From Mobula hypostoma (lineage: Eukaryota), in contig NC_086109.1 in assembly GCF_963921235.1 (NCBI RefSeq), positions 13,270,001 to 13,334,000 of the forward strand: a DNA stretch of 64,000 bases, given 5' to 3'. The notes beneath the pieces were generated by a model, which saw nothing but the letters and a program-made list of their open reading frames with translations, did no database searches and was not told the origin of the DNA. Numbering within the stretch: position 1 is the first letter of the stretch; every line of letters begins with the position of its first letter. Positions 10,985-24,202 of this stretch are shown one piece after another. The translations under genes and the position numbers were made by a program.

Positions 10985-12740
10985 AAAAGTTGCTGGTGAA
11001 CGCAGCAGGCCAGGCAGCATCTCTAGGAAGAGGTGCAGTCGACGTTTCAGGCCGAGACCCTTTGTCAGGACTAACTGAAGGAAGAGTGAGTAAGGGATTT
11101 GAAAGTTGGACGGGGAGGGGGAGATCCAAAATGACAGGAGAAGACATGAGGGGGAGGGATGGAGCCAAGAGCTGGACAGGTGATAGGCAAAAGGGATACG
11201 AGAGGATCATGGGACAGGAGGTCCGGGAAGAAAGACAAGGGGGGGGGAGACCCAGCGGATGGGCAAGAGGTATATTCAGATGGACAGAGGGAGAAAAAGG
11301 AGAGTGAAAGAATGTGTGTATAAAAATAAGTAACAGATGGGGTACGAGGGGGAGGTGGGGCATTAGCGGAAGTTAGAGGTCGATGTTCATGCCATCAGGT
11401 TGGAGGCTACCCAGACGGAATATAAGGTGTTGTTCCTCCAACCTGAGTGTGGCTTCATCTTTACAGTAGAGGAGGCCGTGGATAGACATGTCAGAATGGG
11501 AATGGGATGTGGAATTAAAATGTGTGGCCACTGGGAGATCCTGCTTTCTCTGGCGGACAGAGCGTAGATGTTCAGCAAAGCAGTCTCCCAGTCTGCGTCG
11601 GGTCTCGCCAATATATAAAAGGCCACATCGGGAACACCGGACGCAGTATATCACCCCAGTCGACTCACAGGTGAAGTGGTGCCTCACCTGGAAGGACTGT
11701 TTGGGGCCCTGAATGGTGGTAAGGGAGGAAGTGTAAGGGCATGTGTAGCACTTGTTCCGCTTACACGGATAAGTGCCAGGAGGGAGATCAGTGGGGAGGG
11801 ATGGGGGGGACCAATGGACAAGGGAGTTGCGTAGGGAGCGATCCCTGCGGAATGCAGGGCGGTGGGGGAGGGAAAGATGTGCTTAGTGGTGGGATCCCGT
11901 TGGAGGTGGCGGAAGATACGGAGAATAATATGTTGGACCCGGAGGTTGGTGGGGTGGTAGGTGAGGACCAGGGGAACCCTATTCCTAGTGGGGTGGCGGG
12001 AGGATGGAGTGAGAGCAGATGTACGTGAAATGGGGGAGATGCGTTTAAGAGAAGAGTTGATAGTGGAGGAAGGGGAGCCCCTTTCTTTAAAAAAGGAAGA
12101 CATCTCCCTCGTCCTAGAATGAAAAGCCTCATCCTGAGAGCAGATGCGGCGGAGACGGAGGAATTGCAAGAAGGGGATGGCATTTTTGCAAGAGACAGGG
12201 TGAGAAGAGGAATAGTCCAGATAGCTGTGAGAGTCAGTAGGCTTATAGTAGACATCAGTGGATAAGCTGTCTCCAGAGACAGAGACAGAAAGATCTAGAA
12301 AGGGGAGGGAGGTGTCGGAAATGGACCAGGCAAACTTGAGGGCAGGGTGAAAGTTGGAGGCAAAGTTAATAAAGTCAACGAGTTCTGCATGCGTGCAGGA
12401 AGCAGCGCCAATGCAGTCGTCGATGTAGCGAAGGAAAAGTGGGGGACAGATACCAGAATAGGCACGGAACATAGATTGTTCCACAAAGCCAACAAAAAGG
12501 CAGGCATAGCTAGGACCCATACGGGTGCCCATAGCTACACCTTTAGTTTGGAGGAAGTGGAAGGAGCCAAAGGAGAAATTATTAAGAGTAAGGACTAATT
12601 CCGCTAGATGGAGCAGAGTGGTGGTAGAGGGGAACTGATTAGGTCTGGAATCCAAAAAGAAGCGTAGAGCTTTGAGACCTTCCTGATGGGGGATGGAAGT
12701 ATATAAGGGCTGGACATCCTTGGTGAAAATAAATGGTGAA
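10985..12740 (-). mobile_element. 5'-truncated Penelope-like element (RT + GIY-YIG), frameshifted
   Basis: 18-bp TSD ATTTGTTCTAACTCACAT (10967-10984/12741-12758); GVAMG, RYIDD, VIY..YIG motifs; very similar to 55865-57761; frameshift in the C-run near 11865. Confidence 0.92.
11036..11073 (-). ncRNA. Hammerhead motif with G8A core substitution (probably inactive)
   Basis: UAGUC-CUGACAA-A-GGGU-CUCG-GCCU-GAAA-C-GUC-GACUG. Confidence 0.55.
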
Positions 12741-12767
12741 ATTTGTTCTAACTCACATGCTTTAGAC

Positions 12768-15144
12768 CAGTGGTTCCAAATGTTTTTGAGCTATCTCCCC
12801 CTTGGCTCCCAGACCACATCCCCCAGCCACCTCCCACTTCCAGCCGTTACATAAAGAATTTTGATTTATGATGCGCAGTGAACGAAAATAGAAATTGCAT
12901 TTTCAAAGCGGTGACAAATAATTGCAAAAACTATTCAAATCTATTTAAAGCTAAAAGTAAAATTATTTCTTTATTTAATTTCAGTAAAAACAATTCTCGC
13001 CAACAATTTTAGAGTGTACATTAGTAGTCCAACTTTTCACTACTTCATTGCTTTTTCACCTTTCAGTGAGATGGAAGGGCTTGGTACTGTGATGTCAGCC
13101 TCTCAACGCCAGGTGGAATATCACTCAGAAGGAGCCTCAGTTCTCCATATTCAGTAATTTGCAGTCTGTTTTGTTGCTTTGAAAGAAATTGGGTGACTGC
13201 ACTAAAACCACACCCCACTAATTATGTGTTGGTAATGCAATAAAGAACATCTTGACCAATTTCCACAGTGCTGGATAGTGTTCAGAGATTTTTAACTGCA
13301 ACCAAAAGTCTTCATATGATATTTTGAACCTTGACTTTCGCTCAAAGTAATTTTGTAGCAAGATCAGTTCTCCCGCCATCCTTCCTGTTAATTCCTCATT
13401 ATAAGTGTTCAGGAATGGATTTATTAGCAAATTTAGAATTTAGATTGAGAGAAAATCTTGGAAGCTCTCCAACATGTCTTTATGCAGCTCACCCAGGTGA
13501 GCACAGTATAATTGAAGACCACCATCTGGTTTACTTTCTTTTCCAGCTCAGAGGCTCAGCAACTTCAAAAAGTCAGGATGGCTAATATTGCATATAAGTA
13601 GGCTTAACTTGGACTGATATGCCTTTGGAAAGATTCACATTGTTTCCTTGCAACTGAAGATTGATTTCACTAAACTTTGAGAAAAATTCTGAGAAATAGA
13701 AATGTCATGTCAAAGCAACCGCCAGTCGATAACTGAATTAAGCATTTGAGTCTTCAAAGAATTTTATCACAGTTTCAAAAAATGCACAAAGGGTCTCAGA
13801 CAGTTTCCTTTTCAGAGCTATCGGACTTCTGTCTGCGCCAGCAAGCATTCAAACTGTTCATCATTCTCAATACAAAGCTCTCGAAATAGTCAAGAATTGA
13901 GAGCATGGGACTTGATTTCATTTACCGCTGTGATAGCAGTGCTTAATGACTTGTGCAACTGATCACTTTCGGATTTTTGCAACAAGATGTTGTCTGTGAA
14001 TTACACAGCGAATGGTAAATATGTTAAGTACAGCATTTTTCATGAAAGTGATAACCCCACGGTGGCGTCCTGTCATTGATGGTGCCCTATCTGTCGCACA
14101 AGCAAGAACGTTGATGATCAGAATGTCCTTCTCTTTGAAAATTTGCTGAACAACTCCCCGTTTTATCTGTTTCTAGTTCCTTTGCAAATAACAACTCTTG
14201 ATCCATGCTTTCATTATTTTAAGCACACATAACCAAGAAGCGAAGATTTGTTTCCTGGCAAAGTTGACTGACCTAACGGCAGAGCAAATTTTGTTGTCCT
14301 AAGTATGCACAATGTCTTCCATATTCCCAAACATTTCATCTATTCACCTTTGAACAGAGCTTTTGCTGAGTGGAATTGCTTTAATTATTTGGTCTATTAA
14401 CTTATGCAAAACCACACGCAGAACCTCCATTACTGCTGGCAGAATCAGTTCCTTTCCTATTGTATTTTTCCAATTTATTCTTCGTTTGGTCTGCTTTTGC
14501 TATTTTCATTATGGATTAAAATGACCATAGTCAATTGTCTATTGTTTAAGTTCAACTTCAAGCACTGCGATCAATAAAGGGGAAAGTTATGATGTCATCA
14601 TTGCTCAGGCAAACCTAACTTTTGACCTGAAGGTACATAAAGTGGGACAGTGAGAAATTGAGCAGTGGGCTAGAGAAATATAATGAAGATCATTTGAAAG
14701 GGCAGATTCTGAACTTCACTCCATTGAACAGCATACCCTAATTCACAGGATTTGAGTAACTGCATATCTAGAGTATAGGTATCATACTAGCTAACACTGT
14801 ACTACAGTAGTGAATGGTGATAATGCCTGGGCCGGGTGCAAAATCACACAATTTCTTCAGTCCAGATTTCACATGATACGTCAAATGCAGAAGTGTCACA
14901 TTGCTTTTCAACGACTATAATGTGTTTCGAGCAAAGTCTAAGAGAACGGTGGGATAGCAAGAGATGAGGTGATTATGTGATCATTGTAATCAGTTATGAA
15001 GCACTGAGGATCAAATGCTTATAGTAAGTAAATAATTTTTTAAATTAACCATGTAATCCCTCAGATAACCCCTTTGCTACCAAGTGCCCCCTCCTCCAGC
15101 CATCAACCCCTGGAAGGTGATATTGGCCACTTTGGGAACCACTG
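12768..15144 (-). mobile_element. Degenerate hAT (Buster/Charlie-type) DNA transposon
   Basis: TIRs CAGTGGTTCC(C)AAA / TTTGGGAACCACTG; degenerate 8-bp TSD CTTTAGAC/TTTCAGAC; - strand remnants ACATDRAPSMTGRHRG, CVIHRQHL, FWLQLKISEHYPALW. Confidence 0.85.
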
Positions 15145-15830
15145 TTTCAGACAAAAATACTGACATCACCTCTGAATAATCATCAGGAGTTAAGTGTGGC
15201 CTGTCACTTAACAAGTGCAATAAACATTGGCTTTAGCTGTGACACCAACTTTAGATACAAACAAAAATTCAGTGAATGATAACACAGGAATATCAATGGC
15301 GTTGGATGTAGGAACACAAGACAAGATCTGGAAACAAGATGTTGGAGGAGCTGAACGGATTGAAAAACATCTGTTGAAGGAAACAGGCAGCTGATATTTG
15401 GGCTGAGATCATTCATCAAGATGTTGGGCATGGGATAGGTTTAAATATTGATCGAGGGCAAAAGGATGGGGGCATGTACCGAAGGTTATTATTCCTGAAA
15501 CGTGATTGTCTTATTATTTCCAACACCACCCCCTTCCACATGGTCATCAGCTCCCTTCTCCCCATTCTCCTGCCCCCCCCCCCCGCCCCACTGACACCAG
15601 GATTCGTGTACAGGAGGCAATGAACCTACCAACCAGTCAGTCTTTGAGATGTTGAAGGAGGGGGTTGGGGGAGAAGAGCAGTCAGTGGAGACCCACACAG
15701 CCACAGTGAGAACATACAGACTCTATACAGGCAGCACTGGAGGTCAGAATCAAACTTAGATCACTTGAACTGGTGATATTAGTGAATATAGTATAAGGTC
15801 ACCACCGAGGAAAATAGTTGGAAGATGGAG

Positions 15831-17202
15831 TGCACTGTGCAAAAGTCTTAGGCATATATAGATATAGATATTACAACCAGACTGGATTTATTAAAAATCA
15901 CTATTCCTTCTTTAATATTAGGAGATTAATGAATATTGTCTATACTTCTTCACCTAGAACTCCAGAATGCGTCATTTCACTGGACGCTGAGAAAGCTTTC
16001 GACAGAGTCGAATGGATATATTTATTTAATATGCTTAAGAAAATCAATTTTAGTCCGATATTTATATCTTGGATTAAATTGATATACCTTACCCCTTCGG
16101 CCTCAGTATTTACTAATAATCAGAGACCTCCCTTTTTTCAGTTATTTCGTGGTACTAGGCAGGGTTGCCCTCTTAGTCCATTATTATTCAATATCGCCTG
16201 GGAACCTTTAGCTATTGCTATTCATGACTCACCAAATATACTTGGCATTACCCGTGGGAATGAGACACACAGGTTATCACTATATGCAGATGATTTATTA
16301 CATATATCTCTAAACCTGAGAAATCCATTCCAGCAGTAATATCCCTGCTTGTTCAGTTTAGTAACTTTTCTGGCTACAAATTGAACCATAGTAAGGGTGA
16401 ACTCTTCCTATTAAATATGCAGGTTCCCATTTATAGACGTTCACCATTCAGATTGATTAGATCAGTATTTGGTTTGGTTTAGTTTAGTTTAGTTCTTTTT
16501 TCTTAGTTTTCTTTTACTTTGGGATTTTTTTTGCTCATGATTTTTTTTTCATTTTTCTTTTTATCATGGTTAAGTATATCAAGTGTTTGGGAGATCTATT
16601 ATACTTGTATTATCTGTAGTTTTTACTTGCATATGTCAATTACCAATAATGTAATCCCAATCTTTTTGTATTAGTACTGTTATTATGTTTATGAACTTGA
16701 AAATTAATAAAAAGATTTTAAAAGGTATTACAGAGCCAGGGTGCTATGTATAGCTAATATTTTTGCACTGTGTTTGTCAATGTGCGGTGGAGAGCGAGAC
16801 TGTAAATCTAACAGGAGCAAAGGATGTTGGGAATGGCGGTGGAGCGTCATGGGGGGGGGTGTGGGACAGGCAGCAGAAACGGAGTGCCAGGGGTGGGGGG
16901 TGGCATGGGTGCAGGCAGGGTAACTTGATTCTAAACAATTGGTTTATTGATCATTACAGAGTATCTTTCCAGTGCTCTCCTACTCCTACCCTCTCCCTGC
17001 CCCTTTTTCCAATCATAATTCCCCTCATTCTGCACCCTCTCTCCGCCCCCCCAACTCTCAGTCCACAATAGAGACCCATATCAGAATCAGGTTTATTACC
17101 ACTCATGTATGTCATGAAATGTGTTTTTATTTGCAGCAGCAGTACAGTGCAATACATAAAGTTACATATAGCTGGGGTGCCTAAGACTTTTACACAGTAC
17201 TG
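15831..17202. mobile_element. Non-autonomous Tc1/mariner-type element with hairpin-like ends (copy 1), interrupted by L1
   Basis: Ends 'actgtgcaaaagtcttaggca' / 'tgcctaagacttttacacagtactg'; body 16760-17160 homologous to 62505-62870. Confidence 0.65.
15872..16722 (+). mobile_element. L1-clade LINE fragment (RT part plus T-rich 3' UTR)
   Basis: QTGFIKN, SLDAEKAFDRVEW, RGTRQGCPLSPLLF, SLYADD; ends aataaaaagattttaaaa. Confidence 0.8.
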
Positions 17203-17550
17203 AATAATGAGAAGATTAGAATCAACAATGAATCGATCAATTCACTTATCATGGTTAATAATTCATTATCTAAGTAATATCTGTCCAACATCAGTGAGAT
17301 TTATTAAAAATTATTAATGGCAATGAAAGTTACCAGCAGGGAAGAACTCAAATAATGAACTTATGAATGAACTACATAAACCTGTATCTATTTCCAGTTT
17401 TGTAATTCAGATTCTAGTATTTGCAGTCTCTTGTCCTCCTTTTACTGCTCCACTGCAAAGTATCTTCAGAGTGACTTTGTACAGAGTCCCATGAAACCCT
17501 TTCGGCTGTTTCTATTGCTCCCCTCAATACTTGATCATACTCTCATCCAG

Positions 17551-17877
17551 ACTCGACCACACATCGTTCCTCAGCAACCCAGGTGAAGGATTGTGATGAA
17601 AACAGTGACTGCCCAGCTCCCTCTGCAGATACCGCCTCGCCCATCGAGGTCATCCAGTTCGTTCTCTTCCTGTGCACCGGATTCCACTCTCCTGTGTTCT
17701 TCGTACCAGTGGGAGTAATGAGAGAGTTAACGGTCAGCCAATGCAGTGGGACGTCTTTAGAGCAAGGATGCCAGCGGATACAAACCAGGCTGCAGGAGTA
17801 CGTGCTGAAGTTGCGTGCACAGCCGTCAGAAGGCAATGGAACGCGGCATGGGTTTCGCCCACTACTAGAGATAGTGG
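17551..17877 (+). CDS. Candidate internal coding exon of an unidentified host gene (327 nt, phase 1-1)
   Basis: Pyrimidine-rich acceptor ..tactctcatccAG, donor G|GTGAGG, open frame throughout (STTHRSS..PIEVIQFVLFLCTGFHSPVFFVPVG..RIQTRLQEYVLKLR..PLLEIV), not repeat-like. Confidence 0.5.
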
Positions 17878-17892
17878 GTGAGGAAGCCCCTC

Positions 17893-18185
17893 AATTAAGT
17901 GGTTGAGGCATTGGACTAGCTACCTGAAGGTCGTGAGTTCGAGCCCCAGCTGAGGCAGCGTGTTGTGTCCTTGAGCAAGGCACTTAATCACACATTGCTC
18001 TGCGACGACACCGGTGCCAAGCTGTATGGGTCCTAATGCCCTTCCCTTGGACAACATTGGTCTCGTGGAGAGGGGAGACTTGTAGCATGGGCAACTGCTG
18101 GTCTTCCATACAACCTTGCCCAGGCCTGCGCTCTGGAGAATGAAGACTTTCTAGGCGCAGATCCATGGACTCGCAAGACTAACGG
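17893..18185 (+). mobile_element. tRNA-derived SINE (same family as 4815-5116)
   Basis: B-box GTTCGAGCC and shared body. Confidence 0.75.
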
Positions 18186-18388
18186 AGCTGGTGGTGTAGT
18201 GGCATCAGCACTGGACTTCAAGGCAGATGGTCCTGAGTTCAAACCCAGCCAGGTCTCAACCTGGGCAGCAGCAGCATCTGGGCAGAAGAAAAGCCTGGGA
18301 ATCTACTTCCGTATCTTGCCATGAAAACCCTATGGACGCTATGGTCCATGAGGTCATGAAGAGTCAGACTCGAATGAACAACAACAAG
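18186..18388 (+). mobile_element. tRNA-derived SINE with RTE/BovB-like 3' tail
   Basis: A-box TGGTGTAGTGG, B-box GTTCAAACC; tail 'gaaaaccctatggac..ccatgaggtcatgaagagtcagactcgaatgaacaacaacaa'. Confidence 0.65.
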
Positions 18389-19255
18389 AATCACCTCAAG
18401 AGTGGCAGAAGTCCTTTTGGTTTTAAAGAATTGCATAGAATGCTAAATTACACTTTGACTGTGAAGGTAAACAGAAAAGGCATTGCACGGTTTATTCTTG
18501 TAATTATTTTTTATGATAAATAAAGTTTACTTTGATATAAGAAATGGAGTCATGTTGATAAATATGGCTTGGGTGTGGTTATTAATGAAAGATATTTCAG
18601 GTCCACAAATACACCCAATTAAAGACTTCAGTATGAGTGAGTCAATCACTCATTAATTCATTTCCAGCCATCTTGACTAAGTGTTAAAATTAGCCAAGGC
18701 CCCACTTCTTTATAGCAAGCATTGAAAATTTTCTTGCCAATTGAGTTAATTATATCAAATTTCACACAGGGCCTATGAATAAGGCTTAATTGGTGATTAT
18801 CATTGTGGCTAAATACTTGTGAAGGATAATGATGGTATCAAGTTATCCTTGAGGAATTATAGGTGTTGACAGTGAGGAGTATTTATGATCGTGAATTAAG
18901 GAAAACAAAGGAGGGAACTGCTGATAAGAGGTGCTAATTCCACATCACAGCACAGATTTGATATTGTGTGTTAATATAATTGGTGTTGGTGTAAAACAGC
19001 TCATCCAGGTTGACCTTGGTGCCCAGGCAAAGATTGAATGAGAACGTGCAAGGGCTGAGTGGGGCTGGACTACTGGCTGGTGGCGGTTTTGGCTGAGCCG
19101 AGGGCTGGCTGGGAGGAGTGAGTGAGTAACAGCGGAGAGACTGAGGCACTGGAGCTGCTGGGGTGTTGTGGGGGACATTCTGTGGGAATATTGACCAACG
19201 ACCTGTATAGGTCTGGAACGATATTCATACACGGTTCCTTGCAAACTCAAATAGG

Positions 19256-20479
19256 ATGGCAGGGAGGGAGACTGATGGTGACAGCAATAGCATGGAGTTT
19301 GAGTGGGAAGAGGTAGGGAGAGGGACTAAGAACATGAAGGTGAAGGGTCGGAAGAGAAAGAAAGGAGGTGGGTCTAGTGTAGGTGGATCGGAAAGTGAGG
19401 GAAGAGAAGTTGAGGAGAAGGGCCTGAGGGCAAAATTGCTAAATGTAGTGGTAAGATTTGAGGGGGAAGGGGGAGTAAAGAAAATTGATCCACTTAAGCT
19501 AACAAATATCATCAGATGGCAAGTAGGGGAAGTGAACCATGCGGGAATTTTAGGAGATGGAAACCTGCTGATAGGATGTAAAACTGAAGAGCAGATGGAG
19601 AAGGCGATGAAGGTGACTACTGTTGGGAAAGTCAAAGTGTGCAGGGTTGTAAGAGTTGGAGCACAAAGGGTCAATGGTTGCAAGGGGGAGATCTCCAGGG
19701 TTCCCCTCAGTGTTAATATGAAGGAGCTAGTGAAGAACTTGAGGGTGAGGAATAGTTCAGTGAAGAGTGTGAAAAGAATGACAAGGGGAGCAGAGAAAAG
19801 GGAGACTGAAACCGTTCTGGTAGAATTTGAGGATAAGGTGCCTTCAAAGGAGTTATATTTTGGATTTCTAAGATACAGTGTAAGAGAATATATATCAAAA
19901 CCTATGAGGTGTTTCAATTGCCAGGAGTTTGGGCATTTGGGTAAAGTGTGCAAAGGAAAGAGAAGATGTGCAAGGTGTGGTGGGAAACATGAATACAGAA
20001 AAAGTGGAGAGGGAGTGAGACCAAAGTGCCGTAATTGTGGAGGTAACCAGAGTGTAGTGGACTGGGGATGTGAAGTGTTGAGAAAAGAGGTGGAGGTGCA
20101 GCAGATAAGGGTGAAGGAAAAAGTCTCATACGCAGAGGCAGTCAAGTTGGCAAGACAGAAGAAAATGAGTGAGGGAGGATGTAGCAAAGAGCAAGCGTCA
20201 GCTAAAGAAAGGCAAGATAAGAAGAATGCATGGATAGAGAAGAAGAAATTGGTGACCTGTACAGCAGGAGTGGTAAACGCAACTTATGAGATCAAGTCTA
20301 AAACTGAAAGGATTCAGATTATTGTGAAAGCTGCAGAGCACCATTTGGGTTTGATAGGATTAAAATGGAAGAAGCAAATGATGAACTCAGGGTACAGTCA
20401 AGTCAAGAGGCAGTATGTGTGGGTTGATATTACTAATAATTTTACTTCTTCAATGGACTGCAAGAAGCCTGATTGCTAA
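19256..20479 (+). CDS. LINE ORF1, gag-like nucleic-acid-binding protein (C-terminal frameshift likely)
   Basis: CFNCQEFGHLGKVC, CARCGGKH, CRNCGG knuckles; aligns by eye with ORF1 at 58099-59478. Confidence 0.85.
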   Translation: MAGRETDGDSNSMEFEWEEVGRGTKNMKVKGRKRKKGGGSSVGGSESEGREVEEKGLRAKLLNVVVRFEGEGGVKKIDPLKLTNIIRWQVGEVNHAGILGDGNLLIGCKTEEQMEKAMKVTTVGKVKVCRVVRVGAQRVNGCKGEISRVPLSVNMKELVKNLRVRNSSVKSVKRMTRGAEKRETETVLVEFEDKVPSKELYFGFLRYSVREYISKPMRCFNCQEFGHLGKVCKGKRRCARCGGKHEYRKSGEGVRPKCRNCGGNQSVVDWGCEVLRKEVEVQQIRVKEKVSYAEAVKLARQKKMSEGGCSKEQASAKERQDKKNAWIEKKKLVTCTAGVVNATYEIKSKTERIQIIVKAAEHHLGLIGLKWKKQMMNSGYSQVKRQYVWVDITNNFTSSMDCKKPDC

Positions 20480-23400
20480 TGGACAAGATTTCAAGCAGTT
20501 TATAGCTAGCAAGAGAGAAAAGCCAGATATTGTGTGTATCCAGGAGACCTGGTTAAAACCTAATCTGGATTTTGTTTTATATGGTTATGTGGCAGTAAGG
20601 TGAGATGGGGGGGGGGTGGTGGTGGGGGAGGAGGAGGATGTGCAACTTATGTAAAGCAAGGTATTCCTTATGGAATACTAGGTATAGGAAGTGAACAAGA
20701 GTATGTGGTAGTAAAAGTATGGGCTGAAAGGAAAGAGTTGGTGATTGTGAATTATTATAATCCATGCAAAAGACTAGAGATAAACAAGCTTGAGGAGATA
20801 GAAGGGCAGAATAGTAGTAACGTTGTTTGGTGTGGTGATTTTAATGTACATAATGTATTATGGGGGAGTGACAGAACAGACATCAATGGTCGGGTAATAG
20901 AGGAGTTGCTAGATGAGAAGTATTTATGTGCCTAAATGATGGCAGTAGTACTAGAATTGATGTTAATGCAGGTAAAGAGTCTGTGCTTGATCTTACATTA
21001 GTATCAAACTCCATTGCATCAGTGTGTGATTGGTTAGTGTACCAAGAAGGAACTGTAGGGAATGATCATTACCCAATCTGGTGCAAGATAAATATTTCTG
21101 CCTCATTGGTCACAGAGAATACAGGTGGGAAATGGATCCTTGAGAAAGCCAATTGGGAGAAATTTCTGGAAAAAAGTGATAGATATCTAAGTCAGATCAG
21201 TGATGGAATGGACATAGAATCACTTGACAGCATATTAAAACAAGGTATAATATCAGCTGCATTAGAATCCATTCCTAAAAGTAAAGGAACAACAAAGAAG
21301 AGAGTAATACCATGGTGGGATGATAATTGTAAGGAAGCAGAGAGAAATAGAAATAAGGCAATTAAACTGGTTAAAAGAACTCATAACTTCCAACATATGA
21401 TTCAGTACAAACAAGCTCAGGCAGTAGTAAGGAGGACAATAAGACATGCTAAAAGGACGCACTGGAGAAAGTATTGTGATTCAATCGGAAACACAACTCA
21501 AGTAGGAGAGGTGTGGGGAATGATAAAAAGGATGGGAGGGCACAGGAGAGAGTGGAGGAAACCAGTTCTGGTTGATGGAAATGTGACTGCAGTAACAAAT
21601 AAGGAAAAGGCAGAGTTGTTGGCAAACACCTTTGTTATGGTACTGTACATAGTTCTGATAATTTGTCTGAGAAGGGAAGAAGAGGTAGAGAGAGAACAAA
21701 AGCTGAAAATATGGAGGCTTTATGTAGGAAGCCTAACCTTGACGGTGTGCAAGATGTCCCTTTCAGCATGGGAGAATTAAGAAAGGTACTAGATAAAACA
21801 GGAAAGACTGCACAAGGTAAAGATGAAATATATTATAGTATGATGAAACACTTGAGTGAAGGAAGTCTGGAGAAACTACTGCTTCTGTATAACAAAGTCT
21901 GGGATGAAGGGAGAATACCAGGGAGCTGGAAAAAGGCAATAATTATTCCAACAAGGAAACCTGGGAAAGATGCCAGCAGGCCAGGAAACTACAGGCCAAT
22001 TGCCTTGACGTCACATGTATGTAAACTTATGGAACGTATGATAAATGAGAGGTTAGTGTACTTCTTGGAAAGTAGAGGTATGGTGGCTACGTATCAAGGC
22101 GGGTTCAGGAAAGGAAGGAATACTATGGATCCAGTGTTGTGTCTAGAGGATGAAATAAGAAGAGCTCAAGTAAATAAAGAGACAGTGGTTGCAGTTTATT
22201 TGATGTTGAGAAAGCTTATGGTATGTCATGGAAAGAGGGGTTCCTAATCAAGCTACTTTTAATGGGAATCGGGGGGGGCGATGTTCAATTGGGTTAAGGA
22301 CTTTTTAAACGGGAGAACTATTCAGATGAAGATAGGATCAGAGTTATCAAGCCAGTATGTTGTAGGAAACGGGAGGCCTCAGGGGAGTGTAGTGAGTCCA
22401 ACTTTATTCTCCATTTTGATAAATGATATATTCGTAAATATTCCAACGGAAGTGGGGAGGTTATTGTTTGCAGATCACGGGGTTTGTGGAAAAGAGGGAG
22501 AAATATTGAACATATAGTTACGAAAATGTAAGATGGAATTAATCAAGCTGAAGAGTTGGGGACAAAGTGGGTGTTGAATTTTCAGTGGAGAAGACCAAAG
22601 CCATGTTCTTTACAAGGAAAAAGCTCAGGGGACTTAATTTGAATCTGTATGGAAGTAACCTGGAGAGAGTTGAAAGTTTTCGGTTTTTGGGAGTGCACTT
22701 TGACCTGAGATTAACATGGAGAGAACATGTTAGATATGTAGTTAGTAAATGTAAAAATGTGATAAATGTCATGAGGTGTCCTGCTGGATTGGAATGGGGT
22801 GCTGATTTTGCATCACTGAAGTATATTTATGTAGCGTTAATAAGATCAAGATTAGACTATGGAAGTATTGTATATCTGTCAGCAGCAAAATCCGTGCTGG
22901 CAGAACTGGATATGGTGCAAGCTCGGGCTCTAAGGGTGTGCTTGGGAGCGGTTAGAACTTCCCCAGTGTGTGCACTCCAAGTTGAAGCAAATGAAATGCC
23001 ATTGGGGCTGCGGCGTAAACAGCTGGAGGCCAATTACTGGATTAATTTAAGGCGGCATGGTGACAGCCATCCTACAAAAAGGGTGTTGCAGACATGCTGG
23101 GAGAAGGAGAGGACACAAAAAGAAAGTTTTGGCTGGACGGGAGAGCAAACAGCAAAAGATATGGGTGTATACGATAAAGAGTTTTGTCCAAGTGTGGTGT
23201 GGCCTGTCAGACCTTTCTGGGTATTTAAAAAATCCCTCTGTAGATTTGGAATTGCTTGAGATTAAACACAGTAATAAGACAGCTGATATACTCAGTGAAT
23301 ATCATAGTTATAGGGAATGTAAATATAAAGACATACAGATTTTTACTGATGGATCAAAGGATCCAGAAACAGGTGCAACAGGGTCTGCAATTGTTGTGCC

Positions 23401-24202
23401 AAGTTATCGAGTGGAAATTAGCAAGAGAACACCTGATTGCTTGAGTGTATATGCAGTTCAAATGTTTGCCATATTGTTAGCACTAGAATGGAGTGAGCAG
23501 GTTGATTGTAATAATATTGTGATATGTAACGATTCTGTATCGGCCCTTGCAAGCAATAAGGTGGGTACAGCTAGTGGTCACCAGGATCTGCTTTATGAAA
23601 TCCTGTTTGCAAATTCATGACTGGCTAGACAAGATAAAAATATCACATTCATGTGGGTTCCAGCACATTTGGGTATTAAGGGAAATGAGACAGCAAATAA
23701 GCTGGCAAAAACAGCAGTCAAAAAAGGATCTATAGAGGTCAATATTAAACTATCAAAATCAGAGGGGAAGAGCATAGTGTGGAGAAGGATAAATCAACAG
23801 TAGCAGCAGCATTGGGATAGACCAATAAAAGGAAGACATTTACATTCAATTCAGAATAGAGTAGATATGGGGAGAAGTAGGGGAGTAAAGCGGAAGGAGC
23901 AAGTAATTATAAGTAGACTGAGAACTGGACACAGCAACCTTAATGGCACTCTGGCCATCATAAATAAACATCCAACAGGTTTTTGTGATCTATGTCAGGA
24001 GACTGAAACAGTAGAGCATATCCTTATTTCAGGCAGGAAATTTGCACAGGAAAGACAACAAATGTTACAACAATTACACGAAATAGGACTGGGAGAGAAC
24101 AGTGTTAAAGGTTTATTGGAATGTGGGGAGAGTGATCAGGGGAGGATATGGTTGTTTAGTTTTTTTAAGGGCGACGGGACTGGAAAGACGGCTTTAAAGT
24201 GA
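20415..24202 (+). pseudogene. LINE ORF2 (APE endonuclease, RT, RNase H) broken by several stops and frameshifts
   Basis: CIQETWL, GDFN, NDHYP, YRPIALTS, PQGSVVSP, IFTDGSK, SRLRTGH pieces in different frames. Confidence 0.88.

Noticed and set aside
19225..20187. 320-aa antisense ORF, and similar shadow ORFs opposite CR1, Penelope and Nimb
   Set aside because: Low-complexity L/S/P/F translations produced by the purine-rich sense strand; no motifs
20604..20640. Poly-Gly/G-run as a functional G-quadruplex
   Set aside because: Best explained as slippage expansion of the APE GGG-coding motif in a dead copy
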